Positions 42,904 through 56,877 of a stretch of DNA of 64,000 nt are shown here, one piece after another; the stretch's first letter is position 1, and each line of letters begins with the position of its first letter. The stretch is from Amoebidium appalachense (lineage: Eukaryota; Protista; Ichthyosporea): NCBI GenBank assembly GCA_963693365.1, contig CAVNZM010000014.1, positions 6,882,001 through 6,946,000 on the forward strand, read 5' to 3'. Position numbers and translations under genes: made by a program. Under the pieces are notes generated by a model. The model had not been told where the DNA came from and did not search any database. It saw nothing but the letters and a program-made list of their open reading frames with translations.

Positions 42904-43736
42904 AGGGGGGCTGGAGGGATATCGAGAGGATTGTGAGAGTATTAACTCTAGTCCCTATATATGTGTAATACATAACTTTCGGGTACGGTACCGGGGGGGG
43001 GGGGGGGGGAGGCACCTACTCGGAGATAGTAATGGGCCCACGTGTGTGTACGTGTGTGTGCATGTGTATGCATTGGTGTGTGTGTTTGAAAATGTGTGCC
43101 ACGGTAAATTGTTTGAGTCAGGTAGAAGAACAGTCGTCAATCGAGTTGGAGTCGAGTCGTACGCGTTGGGAAACCCCCGATTGACAAAATCTCAAGTCAA
43201 GTCGGAGTCGTCCCGATCGGCCGAGATCGGCTGGCCCGACGCGACGGTTGTGGCACGCACCAGAAGAAGCCTACACGTACGGTACCAGCCCTCCCTGACA
43301 AACAGGGAACTAGCATAAAAAAACACAGGCTCCAAGCTTTCTTCTACAAAGTAAGTTTGACTTACCAATCTAAAAGAAAAAAAGGTAATTATACCGTACG
43401 GTGCTGATTTTTTTTATTATTTTTTACATATTAGCATACTTTCAGCAGATTTTTGATTGGCCAAATGAACCAACCGTGTTTCCTATTAGTCCACGGAGCA
43501 TCGCGGCGGATCTCCCTAACCATGATTGGTTGGTCAACGTCGGAGTCTGGAGACAATTTTTCAGACAACCCAAATTGAAGAATGAAAATCGGGGTTAAGC
43601 TTCGAACTGCAAGTTGTCACAATAATTGGTCCCAATTTCTTTTTTTTTTTTTACAAAAAAAAAAAAAAAAAAAAGAAAATAAGATAGAGATCTGTTGGTC
43701 ACAAATGATAGTAGCTCCCTGGCTTGGCAAGGCTCC

Positions 43737-43787
<51 letters not shown>

Positions 43788-44491
43788 TATATAATCATGA
43801 ATGTACTCGTCACAGTATATATATATATATATATATAGTATAGTATATGGTATATATATATATATATATATATGTATATAAAACACAATTAGGCTATATA
43901 TATATGATTATTATATACATGTGCAATCCCGCGAGCATTACCATTATTGGTGTACGCGTATGTACGTATGCGCCTAAACCAATACCGGTCGACCTTATTG
44001 ACATTTTTCTTATTTTTTTTGTCTTTATCTGATAATGCAAAATAATTAAAGTCATCAGTATGAAACACAAGTACTAATCACACCCCACAACTGTAGGTTT
44101 TGGGGGAATCCACTTCGTGCACACAAAAATTTGCCTGGGCGATCGAGTCAAACTGAGCAAAGCTTCCACGCGTTCCAGGCACTCACATAATAAGTTCGCT
44201 CTCTATTCACGACACATAAGCTACTATGTTGGTTTGTTCGTTATCGTTAGCACACAACTATGATAGTAACACATGAGTGTGCATGGTGCAAGTTGTATGT
44301 AGTGTAGTTAATACATGGATTGTTAACACTCGCCTAAACCTGTTACTTAGTAGGACTTTGAATATACACGTACAGCCGTCTCCTTCATTCCGGGTAGGCT
44401 CTCAAGGGGATCTAACATAAGTTTTTGGTTTTTCTCGAACTCTATAGGTTACTTGCAATATCAGGGTACAGCTGCTACGAACGTACAGACA

Positions 44492-44543
<52 letters not shown>

Positions 44544-44812
44544 AGCCCAACAATTAGGTCATTTTTGCACACGCACAAGCCCCCTTCCTTCATCACTCCC
44601 ATTCCTTGGGCAGTTACTAGGTTAGAAAAAATGACAAACACCCGATCGTAGACAATTGGCCTTGCTTGCCTTTTATTCTCCCCTCCTTCCCCCTCCCCTC
44701 CCCCCCCTCTCCACGCGCCCACCCAGCAAACCCACCCACCCATCGAACCCGCGGCTTTTTTCGCCCCTGCCATACTGTGTCACACAAAGCCTTCATGTTA
44801 CCCTAGTGTACA

Positions 44813-47197
44813 ATGAGCAACTCCGAGGATGTTATACCCTGTATTTCTGCCATCACCGACCTCCAGCGCGGTGTTATGTGGGTGCGCATAACCGTGGAGC
44901 CAGTAGTCATTCTGCTTTCTTTAATAGCCCTTGGCCTATACATCCACCGCCGCCACCAGTTCCCCATATCCGAACAATGGCCCACCAACGGGATAATCAC
45001 CTGCGTGTCGGTGATATTATGGGCAATAAACGACGTTTTCTACGCGCTATACACCTACGGAAGCTTTAGTGGTGTCAATATTGTGCATTGCGTTTGGGGA
45101 AACCGGGTTTCTTCTTTGTTGGACATTAGCTGGTGTGCGTTGGTTTTAACGGCCGCAGCGTCTGAGTCATCTCGTGCACTTTGGGTGTGTGCCAATCACT
45201 ACCGTACACACTTCATGTTGGATCCTGTTAATAGTTTCGACGTGATGGCACAACTCAACAACTCTAGTGCTAGCCACGTGCACGATTGGGAGAACACCCC
45301 GCACTCGTCCACAAGCAGCAACGGGAAGAGGATGTCGAGGACGGAGAGGTATGTGTCTGTCTGTGTGCCTGTATGCCTGCACGTGCATACTCCGCGGCGC
45401 GTGTGTCTGTCTCCGTGTTTAGACCCGCTTCTATTCGCGTGTTGGACGCTTCCATTCAAGTGTTGGATTGTGTGCGCTTGTGTGCTTGTGTCTGTATATG
45501 TATGTGTGCATCTAGTCGAGAATCCTGTGTCGGATTTTCTGCCTCTGTATATCGTGTAATTGGGGGGGGGAAATGTGCTGTTTATTAACAACATTTAGGT
45601 AAGCTGTGATGAGTTGTCGGCACCAAGGCCAACCGTACTTCCACCCAACAAGATATACATGTAGTAAAATCGGTGTTGCACTTAAATCATATACATTTTA
45701 AGTGGCGATATAACGTATCAAATAAACATCATATGTGGAGATTTAATTTTTTTATTCTTTTTTTTTTTTCGTGTTCTTACGCTGAGAGATCTCTGTCTCT
45801 GCACGACGTGTGCAGTTGTGTGCACTGTGAGCTCTTTACCGTATGCACACAGTACCAACATTTTCCCACCTTCTGCAGTGGTTTGACGTTCTGTTTCTGG
45901 ACGTGGAACTCGCACCAAACAGCCCGGTTTGTGCGCCTCGTGACCACCTACGTGGTGCCCCTCTTTGCCGCACTGTTTGCACTTGCCTGTGTGGCCGTGT
46001 ACATTCCTGCGCTGCTCACACAGGACGGCAAGCGATATGACATGGCCTATGATGCAAGCACCGTGCTGATGGCAGTTGGGGTGTCAATGTGCACACCCAT
46101 AGTCCACGCCGTGTCCATTCTGCTGATCATGAGGGTGTCGACATTTGCCGACACAACAAACATTACAACACAGCTCAAGGTGGGTACTGGGTGGACGGCT
46201 CCACGTGTGAAAAACTTGGGGCACGTTTAAACCCGTTCCGAACACCCACTCATGCAGGAAATGCCCACTCGGTACGCTGATGGCACACAAAAAGCGCACA
46301 ATAGGTCAATATTGACTTTTGCACACAAGAACGATTTCAGCGGATGGAGATCGAGTTGTGGCAAGTGCACTTCATGTGCAATTTTGGAACATGGTTGGTT
46401 ACATAAAGTATAGATTGATGGCAACCCACCAACCTACACAACCGTTGTGCTTACTGGATTCGCACATAAAACACAACACACACACACACACACACACACA
46501 CGTGCAGGTTCTAGCAGTCTTCTGGTGGTTTTGGCTCATCCCCTCCCTCTGCGACATGACCACCATCCGTGTTCCCAGCATCGGCCTACTGATTTCACTG
46601 CAGCCCCTGTGCACGTGTTTGGTTGTCATAACAACGCTAGCCACGTGGCCCCTGGCGCTGTCCTACCGGGCACACAAACTGACCAATCAGAGGAAAGGAA
46701 GCGTCACAACCACCTGCCGAGAGCTGATTGGCACCTTGGAAGACAGGGAGAAGAGGAATGCGCTGAGGGTGTTTATGGCCTGCGAATTTGCCGTGGAAAA
46801 CGTATGTTTTACACACATCCCCGTATTAGTGTGCATGCAAGGGTTTGGGTGTGTGTGTGTTCGTACAAAGTGGCATACAAAAACAAACACGTGCGCGCAC
46901 ACACACACAGCACAAACATCGACAAGCACAAGCTTAGTAAAAACGCACGCACGCACAAGCATGCACCCGAGCATGTACGCACACAGATATACAATAAACC
47001 TATAGACACATACACGTGTGTGTGCACGCGTGCACACACACACACACACACACACACATGCACAGGCACACACTAGCAAACGGTACCTATCAAAATAACA
47101 CTCCATCCCCCCCCCCCTATACACCCATTTTTGTTTGGGCGCTTTGCAGACATAATCGGTTAACCACTGCTGATCAACGAATGCACACACGCGCGGG

Positions 47198-47290
<93 letters not shown>

Positions 47291-47847
47291 GCATTTTTGG
47301 GAGGCAGTGGAGGGCTACAAGCGGCGCCTCGCGAATGCGCCAGCATTTTCGTCCCACGGGGGGGACCTACACTCCATGTGTGGCCGCATAGGGGGATTCG
47401 TTACAATTGCAGAGAGGCTGTATGACGTCTACATCGACAGCACGGCTATCTGCCAGGTGGGTAGCCTAATATGGCTAGTGGTGGAGAGATTTGATTGGGT
47501 GCACACGGGGATAGAGTTAAACATAGTGTAAGATTACCTTCACGTGTTCATGCCATTTCAGCAATGGTTTTCCAGTTCGGACGCACTTGGCATTGAAGCT
47601 TATTTGCGCTTGTTTGGGAGCTAGCGGGTTATCCAGTCTATGCACAAACATCGCCTGCTTTTTGTACAACATTCTACGCCATTGTGTACCATTTTTTGGT
47701 TTCATGTCGGTGATTCCTACTTGCACCAGATTCTGACTCTACCCTCCCCCCTCCCCCCCCCTCCCCCCCCCCCCCCCCCCCCACCACCACCACCACCACC
47801 ACCACCCCTAATTTTTCAACCCTCCCCCTTTCAGCACACACACATGT

Positions 47848-47883
<36 letters not shown>

Positions 47884-48427
47884 GTACACACACACACACA
47901 CACACACACAGGTCAATGTTCCTGGTAACGTCAGAACACACATCCACCAACAGCTGGAGTCCATCCGCGAGCACCACCTATTACTGCGTGCATATTGCCG
48001 GAAACGCCCGCAGGGGCATTTTGCCGGCGCAAGTTTTATGCGGAAAAAATTGTCTCTTAACGCAAACAACCAATTTTCACAATCCAGCCTTAGCCAGATC
48101 GAAAGAACGAAAAGTTCGTTTACGTTAAAGAGTACCCCTGTTTCCAACGTGCATGCACCCACGTTGAGTATTGAGGTGGGTTTGGATCACGTGACAGAGG
48201 TTCCAAGATGCGGCACTGACGAGATCGTGATTAACAGCCAATCGGATGCCGTGATTGGGCCGTTGGACGACACGCACTATGCGCAGTGGGCAAACGATGC
48301 ACGTGCGATTTTAACGACCATTTTTGATTCGGCGGAAACGCACGTGGTGAATATCATTGCTACGGATGTGTTTCCTCGTTACCTTGCTCATGTCAACGGT
48401 GCAACAGCACTCAGTAATGAGGTATAG
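44813..48427 (+). CDS. 7TM-RGS fusion protein (seven TM helices + C-terminal regulator of G-protein signalling domain)
   Basis: Phase-consistent exons 44813-45348, 45879-46179, 46508-46801, 47289-47456, 47912-48427. About 7 hydrophobic helices, then RGS motifs RNALRVFMACEFAVEN|LHFWEAVEGYK, AERLYDVYIDSTAICQ|VNVP and IFDSAETHVVNIIATDVFPRYL. Confidence 0.9.
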
Positions 48428-48742
48428 ATAGGGTATGAACGGGGCATGGGGAGGGAGGAGAGCTAATTTTTGAGATTCTGAATATCGTATTGTAGAAGAG
48501 CTTTCTGTTAATGAACACTAGCATCCATCTATAAAGGTGATGTTTAATTCTTTTATTCTTAGAGGGACGGATGCATGTAATGAGTCTCGATCGTTTTTTT
48601 TTTTTTTAAAGCACACCTTTTTTGAATGCTAGTTTGGTCTAATGCACGTTGTGATAGGTTTGGAAAATATGCAACTACACGGGTGCAAACACAGACAGAC
48701 GCCCTCACGCACTCATACACTCTCGCGGGTGATATTGTTTCA

Positions 48743-48803
<61 letters not shown>

Positions 48804-49332
48804 CACCTGCCTTTTCTCCCCCGTATTTGGGTTGCTTAGGTTACCTTGTATGACCTGTAGCAGCGTCAATGCTTTCCTTTTAACCCTTTTGACACCATTG
48901 ATGACCGTATTCCATAGCAAGTATATGGGTTAAACGAACTATTTATGAGTTGGTCTGGTCGATTCAAGAATACCACATTGTATTTCAAGTAGTTGATTAA
49001 TTTCATAAAGTAATAATTCAAGTACAGTAGTTGATTATTTCATAAATTTTAGTAAGTATAATAAACTACACCTGGTGCGAAGGAGTGAAATCTTTTTCCG
49101 GGGACAAGACAGTGCACAAAGCAGCATTTCTGTTTCCAGGTACCACTGCATCTCATCTGTTGGCGTCCTAACAGTTGTTTTGATTATTGCTGCTGTTGTC
49201 TTCAAGTTGTTGCTGTTGTCATCCCTCGTTGCCTTTCATGGCTGCAAATCACTTTGGAGCCATGGGCCGGTTCTGTCAAGTCGGTTACACCAAGTCATTC
49301 CGTCATTCCGTCCTCGACTACACAATATGGAC

Positions 49333-49377
<45 letters not shown>

Positions 49378-49390
49378 ACCCACCCAATCG

Positions 49391-52300
49391 ATTTTTTTTA
49401 AATTTTTTTTTTAATCACGTTTTGTTCCCGGAGGGCCTTATCAGGCCCTCTAGGGAAACTACCGTCTACCACACAGCACCGACAGTACACTAGTTAAGGT
49501 GCTCTCTATGAGTTCAGCTAAGCTAAAACCATCCTTCACAACCTAACTATAAGTACACACTTTGCCCAGGGCTACTACCCCAGCCACGCCGGCAGGAGGC
49601 TCCAGTCCTCCCCTCCGATTCAAAACCTATCAATAAACGTTAACCGAGGGTTCTCATAGGTCGATCGACAGTATTGGGAAGTCCTAAGTGTTGTGTATGG
49701 TATTTACGGTGGGTATGGGTGGATGATGGGGTGTGGTGGTGGTGGTGGGGGGGGGTTGGTGCCTAACATTATGTGTTGTTGTACGTATGTTGTGGCGATG
49801 TTTTTGTGGACTAAAAGGTGGGTTTTACAGGGCACACTGGGTCTGTGTGTGTTCCGGCAGTCAGAACAGGTTGGCCGGGTGTGTGTGGGGGGTGTATTTG
49901 TTGGTGTCTTGGGTTTTTGGGGAGCCATACGTTTCTTTCTACGGGTGGTGGGTATATGGTGGTGTTTTTGCATTTTGGGGTGGGTGGGGGGGAGTGTTGT
50001 GTTCCCTGGGTGCCAATTTTTGAAAAGAAAAAGGACTGCAACTCTACTGTGATTTTTCCTAAGATGGTTCGGGTGGTGGTCTTGGTGGTGCCGGTGGCTG
50101 CAAGTAGTGGGCCCACCGATCGTGGCCAGAATCCCCGACGGCGTTCGACCCACTTGATGTCTTCGGGGTCTGGTGGGTCACCGTTGCCTCCTATCCAGTT
50201 TATCCATGCACATTGGTCTACCACCGTGGCTGCCGTATGGTGGTGCTGTGCCGTGGGGGTGTTTGGATGACGAGTGTGCAGGACGTTGTGGATGCAGGCT
50301 GTGATGGCCGTGGTCAGGGTGGTGGGTGGTGGTCTCAGGGTGCTGGCTGCACCGGGGGCATGTGGGCTGTGTAACGACGGTGGGGTGATCTTGGTGTAGC
50401 CGTGTCATGGTAGGCAGGGTGCCCATGGCCAGGGACAGGCTACGAATGTTGCCTCTGACGGCCCCGATGGTTGCCTGTGCGGGCCCCTTGTTGAGCTTGA
50501 GGGGGTTCCGTTCGGCTGGGAGCAGTCTGGGGTCGGCTAGTATGGACATAGCCTTGGTCTTGCCGGCCATGTCGGTGAGGAAGTCCTTGTTCAACCGGTT
50601 CAGTGTACCGGGAATGTTGCCGGGGATACGGTGGCCTTGTAGTCGTAGGAAGTATTTCCCCCCCCCCCCGGGCCCGAGGTAGGGGGGGGGGGCGGAGGGG
50701 GAGGGCTCTTCCTGCATTGGCTGCCTTGTCTGCCTCGTTATTCCGTTGATCGTACCGTTTGGTGTTGGATTGGTGCCCCTTCACCCACGATACCTGTACA
50801 GAGCCTGGTCGCCGTAGGGTGAGTTGGTCTCGTACGTGGGCCCATTCCACCTTCACCCACGATACCTGTACAGGACCTGGTTGCCGTAGGGAGAGTTGGT
50901 CTCGTACGTGAGCCCATTCCACTAAGTATGTGGGGGAACTTTAGCTTACGTCGAGGGGGTGTGGTGGGGTCCATGTTTGCCCCCCATCGCGATCGGTCGA
51001 CTACTCCGAGGTTATCGAGCTTGATGTGGATGGGGGTGGGGGTGGGGGTGAGCAGGAGGGCTAGTAGTACCCCTGTGAGTTCGGCTTGGGTGGATGATAG
51101 GGCCGTATGGAGCCTGGTCTTGGCCGTCACTGGTAGTGCTTTCCGGTCCGAGGTGTCCAGCACATGTAGCCCCGGCTCCGGCCTGGGCTATCCTCGTGCC
51201 CGGGTGGATGAGGCTGCCGTCCGTATAAACGGTGATCGGTTGGTCTGGGGGGATCAGGGTGATTTGCTGCTGCCACTCGTCATAGGTGGCCTGGGGCACC
51301 AAGTCGGTGTAGGTGAGCCTACGGGGAGTGGGTGGGCTCGGCAGGTCAGCCGGGTGGGCCATGCACTTGTGTCCTGGTGGTGACCCTGCCGGTGGTGGCT
51401 GCTGGGGGGGTGGTGGGCCGGGGAGGTCCCCCGGCAAGGGTGTGGCCTCCTCGTTGGCTTGCAGGTGGAGCATCTGGGGTGATGCCTGTTGGTGGGGGGG
51501 AAGATGCCGCTGAAAATGGTGTATCTTCCTCCACTGCTCGGCCGGATCGGAGCCATCCTTCAGTGCGATGACTTGGTAGATGTCGATGCTGTCGGGTGTT
51601 GATGAAGTCCTTGTGGTACTTCGGGACTACCGTGTGGGTGGTGATTCGGGTCTTGAAGGCCACGTAGGGGTCTGCCCGTATCACCTCCACAGCACGGGTC
51701 CACCCCACACACTGCTTGTTGTGGGTGTGGTTATCGGCTGGGGGCTCAGGGGGCTTGTATTTGCTGTTGGTGCTGTCGGTGCTAGAGTCCTCTGAGTCGT
51801 CGGAGTCGTCGCTGGGCCCCGTCGACTCCGATTCTGGCTCCGTGTCTGACCCTTCCCCCTCTCCGTCTGCGTACCCGGGGCTGGTGGAGAGGGTGGCCGG
51901 GGTGTAGGCCAGGTTCCATTGGGAGTGGCCGTATTTGCAGTCACCGGGGCAAAAGCGGAAATGGGCTGTTCCATGTGGGTCGTTCCACGTGGGTCGATGC
52001 CATCTCAGCCCCTCCTCCTCTGTGTTGTCCCGTAGATGGGCTATTTTGACCCAAGCCTCCCCGTTGTGGGTGGTGTGGGCCACCACCTGGCTGAGTTCGT
52101 ATTGCCCGTTCTTGACTATTTCCACCACGAATGCACCGACGCGGTGGTTTGCCACGAGGTCAATGGTGTGGTGGGTGTGTGGTCTGGGTGCTGGCCGTAG
52201 TAGGGCTGCGATGGGGGTGGCCCCCTTGATGATGGACCTGTACCACTGTGTAGCTTCCGGGCGTAGTAGGTCTGGGGTGTGGGGCCCCACCAATCGATCA

Positions 52301-52620
52301 TGTGCCTCTCTCAGCCCTCCCTCCTTCTGCCCCCTCCTTCTAAGCCCAGGCCACAGCATAACAGTATGGCTATGAAGTAAACCTTACTCCTTCCACTTCG
52401 AGTGGCACCGACTGTACGCTAACATGTAACCATAAGTCAACGGGGTGCTATATATTGTCGCAGCCAATCGCCCGGATTAAACGGGTCGTGGTATTTATGA
52501 ATCCCCCAGGGCTTGGGAATGCAACACGGCCTGCTAAATGGTGGCGTTGCTGCTGGGAGATGCCATTGGGCAGGGAAGGTGCAGTTAACACCGCTCGAGG
52601 GCAATGGTTATGGTCCCGTG
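49391..52620 (-). mobile_element. 5'-truncated, frameshifted non-LTR retrotransposon 3' portion with RNase H and a C-terminal Zn-knuckle
   Basis: Minus-strand fragments in shifting frames: ITVYTDGS..AGAG, SSTQAELTGVLLAL, IKLDNLGVV, VSWVKGH..RNNEADKAA (all RNase HI motifs), then CPRCSQHPETTTHH. T-runs at 49392-49412 would be a poly-A tail on the element strand. No introns. Boundaries approximate. Confidence 0.8.
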
Positions 52621-53092
52621 GGTCGTTGGGGAAGAGGAGGAGGAGAAGAAAGGGGGAGGGGGGGAAGGGGGGAAGGGGGGAGGGGAGAGGGGGGGGGGGG
52701 GTCGGGGGGGGGGGGGGTTGGGGGGGGGGGGGGGGGGGGGGGGTTCGTCACCCACTTATGAACAGTACTGCAACAGTTGACGTCGGCTGATGAGGGTACC
52801 ATATGGTCGTTGTGGGGGCACGTCCACAGGCCGGGGTTGGGGTTAACTCAGCTGCTTTGACTTGGGGGCCCAATGTGAAAAAGACAGGACTGGTGGGTTT
52901 AAACGAAAATCAAAGACTTCAAGCGGCCGTCTCTTTCCAAGACAGTAAAACCCTCCCCCCACCCTCCCCCCCCACACTGTCCCCCTCCCCCCCCCCCCCC
53001 CCCCCCCCCTCGCCCGCCCCAATGCACACACACGCATGCGCGCGCACACACACACACACACATACACACACGCATGCGCGCGCACACACACA

Positions 53093-53180
<88 letters not shown>

Positions 53181-53436
53181 CGCGCACACACACACACACA
53201 CAAAAAAAAAAGAGAAGAAAAGAAAAGAAGAGAAAAAAAAAAAAGAAAAAAGAAAAAAAAAGAAAAGAAAAGAAGGTAGCAGGTACCCCATCACCACCAA
53301 AGAAAATTCTGATCGACTAAGTTTGCCTCCGGAGGATTCCCCTCATTTCCATCTTACTCTCTAACTAAGAGTTTATTTATTTATTTTTTTTTATTTTTTT
53401 GGGGGGGGCGGGGGGAGAGGGGGGAGGAAATCGAGG

Positions 53437-53472
<36 letters not shown>

Positions 53473-53787
53473 GGGGGGGGGGGGAGGGGGGGGGGGGGGG
53501 GGGGGAGCTTGGGGTGCAATAGAAATCAGCACAGCCCTCTTGATGAGGTAACACCCCCCTCCCCCCCCCACGTGAGCTCCCCCCCACTCCCCCTCTTCCC
53601 CCCTTCCGCTCCCCAATCTCTCTCCCTCTCCCACACCCACCCACCAACTTCTTCCATGTGCATGTAGTTCGGGAAAAGTTTTCAAATTGTTTGTCATTTT
53701 ATTCGCGTCTGCCTGTATTTTGCGCGAAGCGTGGATGTGTGCCGCCTATGCCTGGGTGTGTGACAGTGATGTGTAGATGAGCGGGTG

Positions 53788-53818
<31 letters not shown>

Positions 53819-54298
53819 TGTAAACAACTGTACACATGAACTGTACATGTTTACTAAAGAATGTGATCTACTAGCACACAATTCGTTCTTTGTCATGAAT
53901 ATCACATAAATATTATGTCCACACCAATAGGAATCAATCTTACCTAAGAAATGAACCATGTATGATTCTACCGCTGCATACCACATAAACGAAGTGAACC
54001 AATAAGATGTTTGCATAAATAGGACGAAGGTCTGACTGGCTTGGACCGCACCAGAATCACGAATGGCATGTTGCCACCCGCGCTGGCCGCGGATGAAGCA
54101 ATCCTGGGCCTTGATCCGAAACCTGGGGGCTATATAACAAAGCCGTCCCAGTACGGGGATCACATCAGTGAAGTCTGAGACAGACTGAGTCGGCCCATAG
54201 TAAAAGCAACTTGGCCGCGTGTGCCTTTCTACCCGTTCTCTGTCTTTATTCTGATTCAGTTGTTCTCTGCCTTATCCCAACTAGTCCAACTGTTTACA
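53819..54298 (+). repeat. 5' LTR
   Basis: 480 bp, TG...CA ends with an 8-bp terminal inverted repeat, followed by the PBS. Confidence 0.93.
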
Positions 54299-56877
54299 TT
54301 GGCGACCGCGCAGTTCAAGAATCTCGCATCCTTCGAATCTCACATCTTTCAATCAGTTCAAGAATCTCACATCTTTCAATCAGCTCAAGAATCTCCCATG
54401 GCCGATCACAATCCTTATTACCCCGATGATAGGCACATCTTTCCTTGTCCGGCTTAGAATATATACACCGACAAGTTTGAAGTGGCCAGCCCACCTACAC
54501 GGAAAGAATTGAAAGCATGTAAAACTTCTTTTGCTACGACACATCAAAAATGTGAAGAAAAACGAATACACAACGAAACAACGAATACACGAACAAACGA
54601 ATAAAGAATTGCTAACGAAGCAATGAACCAACGAAAAACGAACCATCACGAATACGCAATGAAATAAAGAATTAACGACAAGCGAATGCATAGAGGAAAT
54701 ACGAATGAATGCAACACAAAACAAAACAAAGTAACGAAGTTATCAAACGACAAAAAACGAAAAACGAAAGCAAAATGAAATGGAAATACGAAAATGAAAG
54801 AACGAATGCACAACACTGCTTGGGTTGCAATGCACACAGCCCCCTCTATGTTACGAAGAAAAGAAAACCGTTGCCCTTGCGTGCATTGCGCTATTGCACA
54901 CTGTCATCGTGTCCATGCCACCGCATGCACCTCCACACTCGCAAGCCAGATGCACGGCCACTTTCAGCACGAATGCATTTAAAGAAGAAGATAGTCGCTG
55001 TTCCTATAGCATTGAGGACATAAGGTGCTGTGAAAGTAGTTTTGCATGCATGCTTCGAATTTCTTGCTGTTTTCGAATACAGCATGCCCCATAGTTTAGC
55101 GCACAGGATGCACAACATGCGCATGAATGTATGCTGGCATGCCTAAACACATTACGAACATATGCCTCATGTATGGCGGCCCTTCCTGGTGCCACGCCCT
55201 AACGAATTTGCACTCTTGGTGCACAAAAGGCATGTAATAAAGTCGATGCAGAACTTTTGTTCATGCATGTGAAAAACAAAGAAGGTGTTGGGTACGAATT
55301 TTAAGGTGAATGCCCGTCTGTGGCAATACTGTGTAACATACCAATTACACTGTCAAGCCTTGCACTAGCTGCCGGCACACCCCCACCAGAACAAAAGAAT
55401 GTGGTATGGGCACCGTTCCCTCACAACCCCAGCATACAGTGTCAGTATTTTGGCTGGAAGCCTTTCAGTTTCGAATTACGAATACCCTCCTTCACTACTG
55501 AAGAAAGTGACGTGGAAGACGAATACGAATACGAATGCAAGGTGTTGTTGACTAACACATCGGACCATCATGTGTACCTAGGCCCTGGTACGGAGGTGAC
55601 CATGTTATTCCCTTGCAATATGATGACACTGTAACAATTTAGCACGTGCATACCCCACCAATGGGCACATGCGGGAGACAACCCCACAAGCTGCCTTATT
55701 GGGCACCTCTGCTAAAACGAATATTCTTCTCACGAAGGAACAGAAGAATGCCACGAACACGAACCACACACCCCCCAGGCAGCTACTTACGTCTGATGTA
55801 TGAAAGTAGTAGGTGTGTGAATGGGGTAACTACATGAACACCAACACGAAAGAAAGCACAGCACAAAGCAGTTCCACGAATACGAATGGTTTTGGTATTC
55901 CACATAACGAACAGAACCTACAGTAGGGCCACCTACAAATGAAGCAGAGGATGGGGCACCATCCAGACCTGCACTGGAGGATATGAAGATACGAAGCGCG
56001 CTCACGAAGTTGCTTACAAAAGAAAGGGCGACTGTGACGACTTTTCTTTTTAGGCCAAGCCTCCAGAAGAATGTATTATGCCTGGAATCCCCCTGCTCAA
56101 CGAAAATGGCTGGCAAATGGGATACGAAAACTGCTCACGAATGGAAGCATGTGTTTTCTGAAGAAGACTTGCTCTGCCTACCCTCTTCTTATGAATTATG
56201 AACCGGGTTTTTACTGGTTCTGACGGGCTGATATATTTCTTTATGTCGCCCAACGAAGAACACTTAGGGCATTTTTATTCATGTTTTTCCCAGCTCCGAT
56301 GATGCAGGGTTAAAGCTGAAAGGAAAGAAGTGCTATTTGTTCATGAAAGAAGTGGCTTTTCTGGCCATGGCGACTCGCCTTACAGTCTTAAGGTAGAACC
56401 GGGATAAGGAGCAGTGGCTAAGCCTTGAAGCTATCCACCACTACCTGAGCTACGAAGTGACCTAAGGCTTGAGTTATATTCATTATCGAATGCTTGGTAT
56501 GATCATTCATCCACACAACCAAATTACTCGCAATTGAAAACGAATCTGCGGGAGTATCCTAAAAAGGAAAAATTCCCAAAAAGGAAAATATTACTTCTAC
56601 AGAAAAAGCCAAGCACAGAGACGAAGCGAACAATTCGCACGAACACTCTGCAACAATCTTCGCCACGAAAATGAACGCACAGAAGAATGCTGCATGAATT
56701 TACGTTTTGGCAAACGAAGAAGTGCTCATAGACGTGCACAACTCTATTCAACCATCCTTGCTCTGTTCTGCCCAGCAGCTCGGCGCACAAGAATTTTCGC
56801 TGAAGGTTGTTTATCGCCTCTCAGCCTGGTGGTTTGCTTGTCTAACGACACCACCAGGCTCCCGACAAGGGGGGGAG

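Noticed and set aside
41200-43620. Complex-sequence stretches that might be DNA transposon or MITE remnants
   Set aside because: I could not identify matching TIRs, TSDs or transposase motifs by eye.
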